Origin: an uncultured Planctomycetales bacterium
GTDB lineage: Bacteria > Omnitrophota > Gorgyraeia > Zapsychrales > JANLHA01
Length of the DNA stretch: 64,000 nt
NCBI GenBank assembly: GCA_964595465.1
Contig: CAZQQI010000011.1
Span: forward strand, 8,301 to 72,300
Direction of reading: 5' to 3'
The position numbers and the translations under genes were made by a program. Positions 10,708-20,488 of the stretch are shown here, in pieces (position 1 is the stretch's first letter; each line of letters begins with the position of its first letter). The notes below the pieces were generated by a model that was not told the DNA's origin, did not search any database, and was given only the letters and a program-made list of their open reading frames with translations.

Positions 10708-13128
10708 TTATTTGAACGTCAAGCCGTCACCTGAACGCACAACTTCGATCTTCGAACCCGGAGGATGTTTTCCGGCGATGATCTCCTCGGCCAGAAGATC
10801 CTCGACGTGGCGCTGAATGGTCCTCTTCAGAGGACGCGCCCCGTAAACCGGATCAAACCCTTTATCGATCAGAAAATCCAGAGCCTCGGACGTCAGCTCG
10901 ACATCGATCTCTTTTTCCTTGAGCCGTTTGATCACACCGCGCACCTCGATCTTAACGATCTTTTCCAGGTCTTCCCGGGTCAATGACTTAAACACAATAA
11001 TGTCATCAATACGGTTCAGGAATTCCGGTTTGAAAACCTTTTTCACCTCTTCCAGCAAACGTCCGCGCATATCGGCGTAAGACGTGTCCTCAGTCTGGGC
11101 CGCGAATCCCAGCGAACCCCGTTTACGCAGCATTTCCGCGCCCACATTCGACGTCATCAAAATGATGGTATTGCGGAAATCGACCTTGCGCCCCAGGCTG
11201 TCGGTCATGCGCCCGTCCTCCAGGGCCTGCAGAAGGATATTAAAGACATCCGGATGCGCTTTCTCGATCTCGTCGAGCAGGACCACGGAATACGGCTTAC
11301 GGCGCACCTTCTCGGTCAGCTGCCCGCCTTCTTCATACCCCACATATCCAGGCGGGGCACCGATCAGACGCGAGACATTATATTTATCCATATATTCCGA
11401 CATGTCGATCTGGATCAAGGCGTCTTCATCGCCGAACATGAATTCTGCCAGAACACGCGCCAGCAGGGTTTTCCCCACACCGGTCGGTCCCAGAAAAATA
11501 AAAGAACCGATCGGCCGGCGCGGATCTTTGATCCCCGCGCGGGACCGGCGGACCGCCCGGGCGATAGCGCTGATCGGCTCTTCCTGTCCGATCACCACCT
11601 CTTTCATCTTTTCTTCCATAGCAAGCAGACGTTCACTTTCTTTCTGCTCCAGACGGACCAGAGGAATCTTCGTCCATTGTGATACCACCTTGGCAATATC
11701 TTCTTCCCCGATGGTCACAGAAACTTCATCACGTTCCTTGGTCCAGGCGTCACGGACTTTATCCAATTCCTCGCGGGTTTCACGCTCCTCATCCCGCATC
11801 TTGGCCGCAGCCTCAAAATCCTGGCTTTTGATATGGGCTTCCTTTTCCTGCTTGAGAACTTCGATACGGTCCTCGAGGTCCTTGATTTCCGGCGGGATAC
11901 GCATCACGTTGATCCTTGCCCGGGACCCGGCCTCATCCAGAATATCAACAGCCTTATCCGGCAGGGCCCTCCCGGAAATATAACGCTCCGAAAGGCGGAC
12001 CGCTGCGCGGATCGCTTCGTCGGAAAATTTGACCCGATGGTGGGCCTCATATTTATCACGCAGCCCTTCCAGGATCTGCACGGCTTCCTCTTCCGACGGA
12101 GGCTCGACCATAATGGTCTGAAAGCGCCGTTCCAGTGCTGCGTCTTTTTCGATATTCTTGCGGTATTCGTCAAGCGTGGTGGCGCCGACACATTGAATCT
12201 CTCCCCGGGCTAACGCCGGTTTAAGAATATTAGCGGCGTCGATGGCTCCTTCCGCGGCCCCGGCACCGACCAGGGTATGGATCTCATCCACGAAGAGGAT
12301 GAGGTTGCCTGATCGTTTGATCTCCTCCATGATGGCCTTGATCCGTTCTTCGAACTGACCGCGGTATTTTGTCCCGGCGATCATCAGCGCCAGGTCCAGG
12401 ACCACAATATTTTTGTCCCGCAGAATTTCCGGGACATCACCATGGATGATCTGCTGAGCGAGACCTTCAACAATAGCCGTTTTTCCGACACCGGCCTCCC
12501 CGAGAAGAACAGGATTGTTCTTGGTGCGGCGGCTGAGGATCTGCACAATACGTTCGATCTCTTCTTCGCGGCCGATCACCGGGTCCAGTTTGTTCTCTTT
12601 CGCTAATTTGTTGAGGTTACGCCCGTAGGCGTCGATCGCCGGGGTCTTCCCGCTGCTTTTTTCCTGCTCCTGCATATTAAAACCGGCCACACCGGATCCC
12701 AAAATCTCCATGATCTCCATGCGCAGACGGTCCAGATCCACTCCCAGGTTCAGCAGGACCCGGTAGGCCATGCCTTCGCCCTCGCGGACCAGGCCGAGCA
12801 AAAGATGTTCTGTGCCGATATAATTATGTCCGAGAGCGCGGGCCTCCTCGGCAGATAATTCCAGCGCCTTCTTTGAGCGCGGAGTAAACGGGATATCTCC
12901 CAGGACCTGGGTCTGCGGACCCGGCTGGACCAATTTTTCGATCTCGATACGGATCGTTTCCAGATCAACACCCATTTTCTGTAAAACCGCGGCGGCGACC
13001 CCTTCTCCCTCTTTCACCAGTCCCAAAAGAAGGTGTTCCGTCCCGATATAATCATGATTGAAGTGCTTAGCCTCTTCTTTGGCCAGCACGATCACCTTGC
13101 GTGCACGTTCCGTGAATCTATTAAACAT
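10708..13128 (-). CDS. clpC: ATP-dependent Clp protease ATP-binding subunit ClpC
   Basis: Duplicated Clp-N repeats ([18 protein letters not shown] / [18 protein letters not shown]), two AAA+ modules ([16 protein letters not shown]), and a UVR motif in the linker. Confidence 0.95.
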   Translation of the reverse strand: MFNRFTERARKVIVLAKEEAKHFNHDYIGTEHLLLGLVKEGEGVAAAVLQKMGVDLETIRIEIEKLVQPGPQTQVLGDIPFTPRSKKALELSAEEARALGHNYIGTEHLLLGLVREGEGMAYRVLLNLGVDLDRLRMEIMEILGSGVAGFNMQEQEKSSGKTPAIDAYGRNLNKLAKENKLDPVIGREEEIERIVQILSRRTKNNPVLLGEAGVGKTAIVEGLAQQIIHGDVPEILRDKNIVVLDLALMIAGTKYRGQFEERIKAIMEEIKRSGNLILFVDEIHTLVGAGAAEGAIDAANILKPALARGEIQCVGATTLDEYRKNIEKDAALERRFQTIMVEPPSEEEAVQILEGLRDKYEAHHRVKFSDEAIRAAVRLSERYISGRALPDKAVDILDEAGSRARINVMRIPPEIKDLEDRIEVLKQEKEAHIKSQDFEAAAKMRDEERETREELDKVRDAWTKERDEVSVTIGEEDIAKVVSQWTKIPLVRLEQKESERLLAMEEKMKEVVIGQEEPISAIARAVRRSRAGIKDPRRPIGSFIFLGPTGVGKTLLARVLAEFMFGDEDALIQIDMSEYMDKYNVSRLIGAPPGYVGYEEGGQLTEKVRRKPYSVVLLDEIEKAHPDVFNILLQALEDGRMTDSLGRKVDFRNTIILMTSNVGAEMLRKRGSLGFAAQTEDTSYADMRGRLLEEVKKVFKPEFLNRIDDIIVFKSLTREDLEKIVKIEVRGVIKRLKEKEIDVELTSEALDFLIDKGFDPVYGARPLKRTIQRHVEDLLAEEIIAGKHPPGSKIEVVRSGDGLTFK

Positions 13129-14182
13129 TATTTTTCCCTCCTAATTTTAAGCGGATAAGATTAGCACGTTTAATATCGCGGGCGGACGCCGAAAGACGTC
13201 CTCCGGCGATCTTCTGCAGATGCGCCGGCTGAATTGCGATAAAAAGCTCATTTAAAACCTTCTGACCAACATTCTTCACGATACCCAGGTCCACACCCAG
13301 ACGGACCATGGACAGCAATTCCAGTGTCTCCTGACTGGATATGATCCGGGCATTGTGCAATACCCCCAGAGAACGGAAGATCTTATCCTCCAGCATGGGT
13401 TTATTCTGAACGACCAGGGCCTGACGGGCCTGCTCCTCTTGTTCAATGACCTGTATGATCAGACCATTGATATTCTGTAAAATATCATCCTCGCTATGTC
13501 CCATGGAAACCTGATTCGAGATCTGGTAAAAATTCCCGAAGGCATCGGTGCCTTCCCCGTAAAATCCCCGGGCAGCAAAATTCAGTTTCGCAATCGCATT
13601 CAGGACCTTATTGATCTGCTTGGTCATGGCCAGCGCCGGCAGGTGCAGCATAACCGATCCCCGCATGGCTGTTCCGGTATTGGTCGGACAGGCTGTCAGA
13701 TATCCCCAGCGGGGAGAAAAGGCAAAAGCCAGTTTCTCCGCCAGACGGTCATCAATCGCATTAATAACGCCCCAGGCCTCAAAGAGGTTCAGGCCTGAAT
13801 TGAGAACCTGCACCCGCAAATGATCTTCTTCATTGATCATAACCGAGAGGATCTCTTCCTGCGACACGATCAAAGATTTAGATTCCCCCTCGGCCGCGTG
13901 TTCATGGCTCATGAGATGACGCTCGACCAAAAATTCTTTATCCACATTATCCATTTCGGTCATAGGGAATACCGTGGCATTCTTAAAGTAATCGACCTCT
14001 TTAACGGCCTCTTCAACAGACACCATGACCGCCTGCAGCTGCTTTTTGGTCGCCCGGTTGGTAAACGGCATTTTGGCCAGATTACGGGCCAGGCGGACAC
14101 GCGTCGAAAGCACAATATCGGAATGCGGGCCCGACCCCTTCAGCCATTCCCCGCTCTGAGTGATCAGATCGTCAAGATTCAT
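13121..14182 (-). CDS. mcsB: protein-arginine kinase McsB
   Basis: ATP:guanido phosphotransferase catalytic domain. I take the start at MNLDDLITQ..., which is preceded by GGGAGA. The track's longer ORF to 14251 would overlap mcsA by 80 nt. Confidence 0.85.
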   Translation of the reverse strand: MNLDDLITQSGEWLKGSGPHSDIVLSTRVRLARNLAKMPFTNRATKKQLQAVMVSVEEAVKEVDYFKNATVFPMTEMDNVDKEFLVERHLMSHEHAAEGESKSLIVSQEEILSVMINEEDHLRVQVLNSGLNLFEAWGVINAIDDRLAEKLAFAFSPRWGYLTACPTNTGTAMRGSVMLHLPALAMTKQINKVLNAIAKLNFAARGFYGEGTDAFGNFYQISNQVSMGHSEDDILQNINGLIIQVIEQEEQARQALVVQNKPMLEDKIFRSLGVLHNARIISSQETLELLSMVRLGVDLGIVKNVGQKVLNELFIAIQPAHLQKIAGGRLSASARDIKRANLIRLKLGGKNNV

Positions 14183-14690
14183 GATTTTTCTCCCGCTGTT
14201 CCAGGTCTTTGAGCTTGTCCCGCAGGATTGCCGCCTGCTCATAATCTTCACGGACCACCGCCTGTTTCAGCTGTTTGCGCAGGTCTTTCAGATCATCGCC
14301 ATTCTGCTTGACGGACTGCACGTAGCGGCGGGGCCGCTTACCGGCATGACGGTTAGATCCGTGGATCTTTTTCAGCAAAGTGGTCAGCTGATCCCGAAAC
14401 GACTCATAGCATTCACTGCAACCCAGACGCCCGTATTTGCGGAAATCTTCATAGGACATCGAACAATGTTCACAGGCGGCCGTTTTTTGAGGCTCCTCTT
14501 TTTCTTTCGCCGGAGACTGATTGAAATCCGACAGCCCGGCGAGAAGATCGGCCAGACCGAACTGCTGTTCCATCTGCAGACTTTTCTCCTTAGCACACCC
14601 CTCACAAATATGCAGTTCGGTCACCTTCCCATCGATCAATTCTGTCAGATGGACCGTTGCTTTTTTCTGCTTACACACTTCGCATTTCAT
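14172..14690 (-). CDS. mcsA: McsA (zinc-finger/UVR activator of McsB)
   Basis: Paired CxxC zinc-finger motifs (CEVCKQKKA...CEGC; CEHC...CSEC) and a UVR-like segment (EQAAILRDKLKDLEQ). The order mcsA-mcsB-clpC matches Bacillus. Confidence 0.85.
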   Translation of the reverse strand: MKCEVCKQKKATVHLTELIDGKVTELHICEGCAKEKSLQMEQQFGLADLLAGLSDFNQSPAKEKEEPQKTAACEHCSMSYEDFRKYGRLGCSECYESFRDQLTTLLKKIHGSNRHAGKRPRRYVQSVKQNGDDLKDLRKQLKQAVVREDYEQAAILRDKLKDLEQREKNHES

Positions 14691-14708
14691 ATCTTTCTCC
14701 CCAAGTTG

Positions 14709-14795
14709 AAGTCACAAGGTCACACGTCGCCAGTCACAAGAAAAACGTAAAACGGGAAAAGTGAAACGTAAAACCCAACAAACTCTCAACCCAAC
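14709..14795 (+). repeat. family-2 intergenic repeat, copy 1 (GTCACA direct repeats, AAACG heptads, CAACAAACCC module)
   Basis: The stretch gtcacaag..aaaacgtaaaacgggaaaagtgaaacgtaaaacccaacaaactctcaacccaa is near-identical to the reverse complement of 46061..46170. It is related to the expanded array at 36036..36312. Confidence 0.8.
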
Positions 14796-14836
14796 ACACT
14801 CATATCCGCTCCACGTCTCCCGTTCACCGTTGAACG

Positions 14837-15700
14837 TCAATACCGCACCCCGTCGGTCGAGGTTATGCCGTGAAAGGCCTCCAGCAGACTCATCGTCACC
14901 GGCCCCGGAGTTCCGCCCCCGATGCTGCGGCCGTCCACGGTCACCACCGGGATCAGTTCGGCCGCTGTCCCGGTCAGAAAACATTCATCCGCGTTATAGA
15001 TCTCGTGACGGGTGATCCAGGTCTCCTCCACCGTTCTGCCGTCATCGCGGGCCAGCGCCATAACCGCGTCGCGGGTAATGCCCCGCAGGCGCCCGGAAAT
15101 GGGAGTATAAACAATACCGTTTTTCACAGTAAAAATATTATCGCCGGTACACTCGGCCACATAACCGCTGGCATCCAGCATGATCGCTTCATTAAAACCG
15201 GCATTTCCAGCCTCGATCTTGGCCATAATATTATTAAGATAATTCAGGGATTTCAGCTGGGGATTTAAGGCTTCCGGAATATTGCGCATGGTCGGCGCGG
15301 TCATGATCGCCATGCCTTTTTCGTACAGTTCTTTCGGATACAGCGTGATCGTGTCGGCGATGATAATGACCGCGGGCTTGCCGAAACATTTTTTCGGATC
15401 GAGGCCCAGATCACCTTCTCCGCGGGTCACGATCAGGCGGATATAACCGTCGTCGATGCCGTTCTCTTTTAATGTCGCCACAACCGCTTCGGCCATCTCC
15501 TCTTTGCTCATGGGAATGTCGATCATCAGCGTGTGCGCGGTTTCATATAAACGGTCGATGTGCTGATTCAGCCGGAAGACACAACGTTTGTAGGAACGGA
15601 TCCCTTCAAACCCTCCGTCACCGTATAAAAATCCGTGGTCAAAGATTGAAATTTTGGCGTCAGCCTTGTCCACAAATTCGCCGTTCATATAAATTTTCAT
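14837..15700 (-). CDS. ilvE: branched-chain amino acid aminotransferase (PLP fold type IV)
   Basis: MKIYMNGEFVDKADAKISIFDHGFLYGDGGFEGIR... is the class IV aminotransferase signature; 287 aa. Confidence 0.8.
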   Translation of the reverse strand: MKIYMNGEFVDKADAKISIFDHGFLYGDGGFEGIRSYKRCVFRLNQHIDRLYETAHTLMIDIPMSKEEMAEAVVATLKENGIDDGYIRLIVTRGEGDLGLDPKKCFGKPAVIIIADTITLYPKELYEKGMAIMTAPTMRNIPEALNPQLKSLNYLNNIMAKIEAGNAGFNEAIMLDASGYVAECTGDNIFTVKNGIVYTPISGRLRGITRDAVMALARDDGRTVEETWITRHEIYNADECFLTGTAAELIPVVTVDGRSIGGGTPGPVTMSLLEAFHGITSTDGVRY

Positions 15701-15707
15701 ATACCCC

Positions 15708-16412
15708 TCACTTTGTTTGATTAGCAGACGATATGTTCTTTATATTGCCGTCGACCAGGTGCACGGTACGCTCAGCGTACGGAGCCAGCCGGTCATCATG
15801 GGTCACGATCATCAAAGTCTGTCCGTTATCCCTGTTCAGGTCAAGCAGCAGCCTGATCACATCCTGTCCGCTGGCCGTATCCAGATTCCCGGTCGGCTCA
15901 TCGCAAAACAGGATATCCGGCTCATTCATGATCGCGCGGGCTACGGCCACTCTCTGCTGTTCACCGCCGCTCAGCTCGTTGGGCTTATGTGTGATCCGGT
16001 GCGCGAGCCCGACGCGCTCCAGCAGATCACGCGCGCGGGAACGGACTTTATCCATATCCCTGTTGATGGGATTCATCATGGCCGGCAGCATAACATTCTC
16101 CAGCGCGCTGAACTCGGGCAGAAGATGGTAAAACTGAAACACAAATCCGAAGTTCTCATTACGCATACGCGAACGCGTTCTGTCGTTCAAGCGGTAAACA
16201 TCCTTTCCGCCGTATTCCACAATGCCGCGGGTGGGCCGGTCCAGGCCTCCCAGAACATGCAGGAGAGTCGATTTTCCAGCTCCGGACGGTCCGATGACCA
16301 CCAGCACCTCTCCTTGGTTGACCTCCAGGTCCAGCCCTTTAAGAACATGAACTTCGTTATCCGGGTTCACCGGATGACGGTAAATTTTATGAATATCCCG
16401 AACCTGAAGCAT
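15708..16412 (-). CDS. lolD: ABC transporter ATP-binding protein, LolD-like
   Basis: Walker A GPSGAGKST, ABC signature LSGGEQQRVAVARA, Walker B ILFCDEPTGNLD; paired with an FtsX-type permease. Confidence 0.75.
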   Translation of the reverse strand: MLQVRDIHKIYRHPVNPDNEVHVLKGLDLEVNQGEVLVVIGPSGAGKSTLLHVLGGLDRPTRGIVEYGGKDVYRLNDRTRSRMRNENFGFVFQFYHLLPEFSALENVMLPAMMNPINRDMDKVRSRARDLLERVGLAHRITHKPNELSGGEQQRVAVARAIMNEPDILFCDEPTGNLDTASGQDVIRLLLDLNRDNGQTLMIVTHDDRLAPYAERTVHLVDGNIKNISSANQTK

Positions 16413-16426
16413 GCTGTCCTTTCGCG

Positions 16427-17632
16427 TTATTCGTATCGCAGGGCGTCAACGGTATTTAAATGAGACGCTTTGTAGGCCGGATAGATCGTAGCCAAAAACG
16501 TGATCACCATGGCCGCCGCGACGATGATCAGCATGTCCGACAGCTGAAGCTCAACCGGAACATACTCAATGGAATAAATTTCTGCGGGCACACGGACATA
16601 ATTTGCCAGAATATAACTGATCCCGACCCCGGCGGCCGCTCCCAGAGTTGTTCCGGCGGTACCGATCAGAATACCCTGCTGAGTAAAAATGCGCCGGATC
16701 ATCCCGCGGGTGGCTCCGACCGACCTCAGGATACCGATATCATGTATCTTGGACGTGACGGTCACGATCAAGGTGCTGATAATATTGAACGACGCCACCA
16801 TGACCATGAAAGCCAGAATAATAAACAGGCCCCATTTTTCCAAGAACAACGCCTCGAACAGGTTGCGGTTCATATCGATCCAGGTCTTAATGAGATAAGC
16901 ATAACCCAATTCTTCATACAGACGTTCCTGAACCTTTTCGGCCTGGTACGGGTCTTTCAGCTTCACTCCCAGCCCACTGACCGTATCGCCCGTTAGATCG
17001 AAGATCTGCTGGGCCTTAGCCAGAGGAACCAAAAGCAGATTCATATCCAGGTCCACCATCCCGCTTTTAAAGATCCCCACAATGGTCAGCCGGTAACGCC
17101 AGCCGCGGCCTTCAATGCCGGAACCGGGAGAGATCACAGTGATCTCATCCCCTATCCCAAAACCGAAATACCGGGCCAGTTCACTGCCGATCATGACCGT
17201 GTCCCCTTTCAGGTCTGCCAAACGGCCTTTCTGAAGGTACTGCTCGATCTTGGTCACGCTGGCCTCTGTGCCGGGATTCACCCCGCGGATCATCTGCCCC
17301 AGGGCCTTGCCGGAACGGCTTTCCAAAAATACATTTCCCTGTACATAGGGCGAGGCCCCCTGAACCCCGTCCACAGTAAGCAGCCGGTCACGCAGCCGGT
17401 CATAATCTGCGACACCGGTCTCTTTCTCGACGACCACATGCGGCGTTGTGCCGATAATCTTTTCCCGCAGGTTGTTGCCGAACCCGGTCATCACCCCGGT
17501 TACCACGATCAAGGCCATAACCCCGATCGCCACTCCGCCGATAGAAATGATGTTCAGGAACGAAAGAAACCGTCCCCGCTGAGCTGTCAAATAACGGTAA
17601 CTGATAAATCGTTCAATGTTCATAATCTTCAT
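16427..17632 (-). CDS. lolC: lipoprotein-releasing system permease, LolC/E-like (FtsX family)
   Basis: 401 aa; N-terminal TM, large periplasmic MacB-like domain, three C-terminal TMs of FtsX type. Adjacent to the LolD-like ATPase. Confidence 0.75.
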   Translation of the reverse strand: MKIMNIERFISYRYLTAQRGRFLSFLNIISIGGVAIGVMALIVVTGVMTGFGNNLREKIIGTTPHVVVEKETGVADYDRLRDRLLTVDGVQGASPYVQGNVFLESRSGKALGQMIRGVNPGTEASVTKIEQYLQKGRLADLKGDTVMIGSELARYFGFGIGDEITVISPGSGIEGRGWRYRLTIVGIFKSGMVDLDMNLLLVPLAKAQQIFDLTGDTVSGLGVKLKDPYQAEKVQERLYEELGYAYLIKTWIDMNRNLFEALFLEKWGLFIILAFMVMVASFNIISTLIVTVTSKIHDIGILRSVGATRGMIRRIFTQQGILIGTAGTTLGAAAGVGISYILANYVRVPAEIYSIEYVPVELQLSDMLIIVAAAMVITFLATIYPAYKASHLNTVDALRYE

Positions 17633-17649
17633 CAGCAGGCCGGTACGGG

Positions 17650-19140
17650 TTATGCTCCAACATCTTCCTCAGCACCGTCCGTCTGCACTTTCTCCTCATC
17701 CACCGGTTTAAGTAAGGGGAACAGAATGACATCACGGATCGTCGCGCTGTCGGTCAGAAGCATGACCAGACGGTCAATGCCGATCCCCAGCCCGCCGGCC
17801 GGCGGCATGCCGTATTCCAGAGCTTTAATATAGTCCTGATCAAAGGTGCGCGAACCGGTCTCAACATCATCCTGCAGGTCTTCCAGAAAGCGTTCCTGCT
17901 GTTCACGGGGATCGTTCAGCTCGGTGTAGGCATTGCCGATCTCCATCCCGGCAACAAAACATTCAAAGCGTTCGGAGATCGCCGGCTGGTCTTTTTTGAC
18001 CTTGGCCAGAGGACAGAGAAACGTGAAATAATCCGTAAAAAAGACCGGGTTCATGGTCTTATCTTCTTCCAGAACATCCTCGACGATCTTCATGACCGCC
18101 GACCGGGTCAGAACATCGACCTTGATCCGGCCGCCCTTGACCGCCTTGACCTTTTCCAGCATCATCTCGGCGCTGTCCTCAGGGTCGATATCGAAAAGTT
18201 TTTTCACCGTTCCTGCGAAACTGCGGCGCTCCCAGGGCGGAGTAAAATCGATCTCCTGTCCCTGGTAAGGGACTTTATAACTGCCGTAGAGGTTCTGGGC
18301 CAGCTGGCTGACCATGCCCTCCATAAGGTCCATCATGTCCTCGTAATCCCCGTAAGCCTGATAGGTCTCCAGCATGGTGAATTCAGGATTGTGGCGCGTG
18401 GAGACGCCTTCGTTACGAAAATTGCGGTTGATCTCATAGACGCGTTCCAGGCCGCCGACCAGCAGGCGCTTGAGATACAGTTCCGGAGCGATCCGCAAAA
18501 AAACATCCATCTCATAGGTATTGTGCCGGCTTTTAAACGGCCGCCCTCTGGCCCCTCCGGCCATGGGCTGAAGCATGGGCGTCTCCACCTCCAGAAAACT
18601 GCGCTCATCGAGATACTTGCGGATGTCGCTGATAATCCGGCTGCGTTTAATAAAGATATCCCGTACATCGGTATTCGCGATCAGATCGACGTACCGCTGA
18701 CGGTAACGGGTCTCAACATCTTTCAGGCCATGCCATTTTTCCGGCAGACACATCAATGACTTGGAAAGCAATCGGAGCTCTTTAACCCGGATGCTCTGCT
18801 CCCCCATCTTGGTCACAAACAGCTCTCCGCTGACCCCGATAATGTCTCCGATATCCAGGTGCGCCGCGATATCAAAAAGCTCTTCACCGATATTATCTTT
18901 ACGTATGAACAGCTGGATCTTGTCCGAAACATCCCGCAGATCCATAAAGATCACCTTCCCGTGTTTACGGCGAGCCATGATCCGCCCCGCGGCAGTCACA
19001 TCACGCCCCTCGGAAAACTCCGCCAGGATCTGCTTGGTAGGCATTATCCCTTCAAACCGGCGGCCGTAGGGCTCGACCCCCTTTTCAGCCAGCATATCGA
19101 GCTTTTCCTGTCTAACCTGTTTAATTTCATCAATTTCCAT
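17650..19140 (-). CDS. lysS: lysyl-tRNA synthetase (class II)
   Basis: N-terminal OB anticodon-binding domain; class II motifs including GGARGRPFKSRHNT and GMPPAGGLGIGIDRLVMLLT. Confidence 0.95.
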   Translation of the reverse strand: MEIDEIKQVRQEKLDMLAEKGVEPYGRRFEGIMPTKQILAEFSEGRDVTAAGRIMARRKHGKVIFMDLRDVSDKIQLFIRKDNIGEELFDIAAHLDIGDIIGVSGELFVTKMGEQSIRVKELRLLSKSLMCLPEKWHGLKDVETRYRQRYVDLIANTDVRDIFIKRSRIISDIRKYLDERSFLEVETPMLQPMAGGARGRPFKSRHNTYEMDVFLRIAPELYLKRLLVGGLERVYEINRNFRNEGVSTRHNPEFTMLETYQAYGDYEDMMDLMEGMVSQLAQNLYGSYKVPYQGQEIDFTPPWERRSFAGTVKKLFDIDPEDSAEMMLEKVKAVKGGRIKVDVLTRSAVMKIVEDVLEEDKTMNPVFFTDYFTFLCPLAKVKKDQPAISERFECFVAGMEIGNAYTELNDPREQQERFLEDLQDDVETGSRTFDQDYIKALEYGMPPAGGLGIGIDRLVMLLTDSATIRDVILFPLLKPVDEEKVQTDGAEEDVGA

Positions 19141-19285
19141 ACATTTTTCCCATCTAAGTAGACTAATACTAATTATAATATGAAATAAGTCTCATGATTA
19201 TATAGAAAATCACGGGGGGTGTCAATGAAAAGCACAGCGGGATATCCGGGGAAGGCTGGATCGGCACACAGAAAAGAAAGATCAG

Positions 19286-19331
19286 ACAAAAAGGGCCGAA
19301 ACCTCTGAAAATAAAGCAGTTTCGACCCTTT
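19286..19331 (-). terminator. intrinsic terminator after the 19340..19693 gene
   Basis: The minus strand reads AAAGGGTCGAAAC..loop..GTTTCGGCCCTTTTTG: a GC stem followed by a T-run, immediately downstream of the stop at 19340. Confidence 0.6.
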
Positions 19332-19339
19332 TAAGCGTT

Positions 19340-19693
19340 TTACGATTTCTTTTTGGAGCGCTTGCTCGAAGTCTTTTTGGGCGAACTCTTAATGCGCTTC
19401 TTAAGACGGCGTTCCTCTTTTTTCAACTCATTGAGATCCTTGACCAGCTTTTCCAATTTCGGGGTTTTTTGAGCCGGATATTTAGCCCGGACGTATTCTT
19501 TCCCGATCTGATAATACAAGCGCTCCAATTTTAAATTGATCGTGGTCGAATCCAGCTGCAGCTTCCCCTTTTTGGAAAACTTAACCAGCTGCTCTTCGCC
19601 TTTTTTGGCCAAGTCCACCGCTTCCTTGCTCATGGTCATCAACTGCTTGCGGATCTTGGGCCACTCTTTCTGGAAATAGGAATCGTCTGCCAT
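19340..19693 (-). CDS. hypothetical lysine-rich coiled-coil protein
   Basis: 117 aa from the second ATG, which is preceded by AAAGGA at 5-6 nt. The C-terminus is KKRIKSSPKKTSSKRSKKKS. No recognisable domain. Confidence 0.5.
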   Translation of the reverse strand: MADDSYFQKEWPKIRKQLMTMSKEAVDLAKKGEEQLVKFSKKGKLQLDSTTINLKLERLYYQIGKEYVRAKYPAQKTPKLEKLVKDLNELKKEERRLKKRIKSSPKKTSSKRSKKKS

Positions 19694-19777
19694 ATGCATC
19701 CTTTCTTTTTAATGGCTCTCTAAAATTTTGAGCGGATAGATCAAAAAATAAGGCGATGCTTTCGCGCGCAGTTCCGC

Positions 19778-19907
19778 AGCCGAATGGCTATGAAGATGGT
19801 GAGGGACTCGTTCGCTCAAACAACCTCCCCGAACATTTTTATAGTGAATTGTTCGGCTCGGAACTCGCTCTGCGAGCCCCTCACCATCTTCTATAACGCC
19901 ATTCGGA
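19778..19907 (-). repeat. family-1 structured intergenic element, copy A (inverted relative to copies B-D)
   Basis: The outer stem pairs gaatgg with ccattc and gaagatggtgaggg with ccctcaccatcttc. The core is the reverse complement of the core in copies B-D. Track ORF 19709..19933 is its spurious translation. Confidence 0.8.
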
Positions 19908-20126
19908 CTAAGACTGTTTGAACAAGAAAGCACAACCTCGCCCTTCTTACCCGCTCATCTTTCCAAAGACCCTTTTTCATAACGGTCATCGCATATAATA
20001 GGTATTATAACAAAAACGCCGCTCTCAGTTCAATAATAAATGCGCCCTCTTCCCATAAAGAAAAAAATAACGTATACTATAAACAGTACATCAAAAAAGC
20101 TGCAATCCCTGTAGGACCTTATAGCC

Positions 20127-20465
20127 ATGAAATATATCCTTTTAATTTTTATAGCCATCGCCGCCATGATCGGGGCCAGCTCGCTCTATATGGACCTGAT
20201 CGGTCACGTCATGGGAGGTTCAGAGAAGACGATGAGTTCTCACAATAATCCGGAACACCGCATGCAGCTGCAGGAGCAGAAACGCCAACAGGAAGATATC
20301 CGCCGGCAAATGGACCGACTGAGGGAGGACCAGCGGCGGATGATGCGATCCCAGCGCGCGGAACAGGACCGGATCATGGGAAATCAGCGGCAGCAGCAGG
20401 AACGCCTGATGGAAGACAACCGTCGAAAAATGGAAGATCTGCGCCGTCAGACACAGCGATATTAG
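20127..20465 (+). CDS. hypothetical small membrane-anchored Gln/Arg-rich coiled-coil protein
   Basis: N-terminal TM (ILLIFIAIAAMIGASSLY) then R/Q/E-rich heptad-like repeats. It is the only plausible plus-strand gene in this region. The SD is weak. Confidence 0.4.
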   Translation: MKYILLIFIAIAAMIGASSLYMDLIGHVMGGSEKTMSSHNNPEHRMQLQEQKRQQEDIRRQMDRLREDQRRMMRSQRAEQDRIMGNQRQQQERLMEDNRRKMEDLRRQTQRY

Positions 20466-20488
20466 TCCCCCGCATCTTGCCCCGGCGA

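Noticed and set aside
11084-12213. Long plus-strand ORFs (299 aa, 142 aa, 126 aa) inside clpC
   Set aside because: Ser/Arg-rich low-complexity translations antisense to ClpC, typical of high-GC shadow frames.
14700-14745. GTCACA direct repeats as CtsR operators
   Set aside because: The heptads (AGTCACA / GGTCACA) and their spacing do not fit the (A/G)GTCAAA-NAN-(A/G)GTCAAA consensus. The same repeats occur in the dispersed family-2 element, and no ctsR gene is present.
14761-15015. ORF MKRKTQQTLNP... (also 45837..46109 on the minus strand)
   Set aside because: Both start inside copies of the family-2 repeat at the same conserved GTG/ATG and run antisense into ilvE and the helicase 3' end respectively. 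They are most likely repeat-encoded artefacts. The shared SD-like GGGAAAAG-GTG is noted but is insufficient evidence.
15717-16463. 248-aa plus-strand ORF
   Set aside because: Antisense to lolD. No motifs and an R/H-rich composition.
19141-19339. T-box leader upstream of lysS (and of hisS, glyQS, metG)
   Set aside because: No AATTAGGGTGGNACCGCG-like T-box sequence or specifier/antiterminator arrangement is visible, and the leaders are short.
19709-19933. 74-aa minus-strand ORF
   Set aside because: It is a translation of repeat copy A (a long palindrome), which is non-coding.
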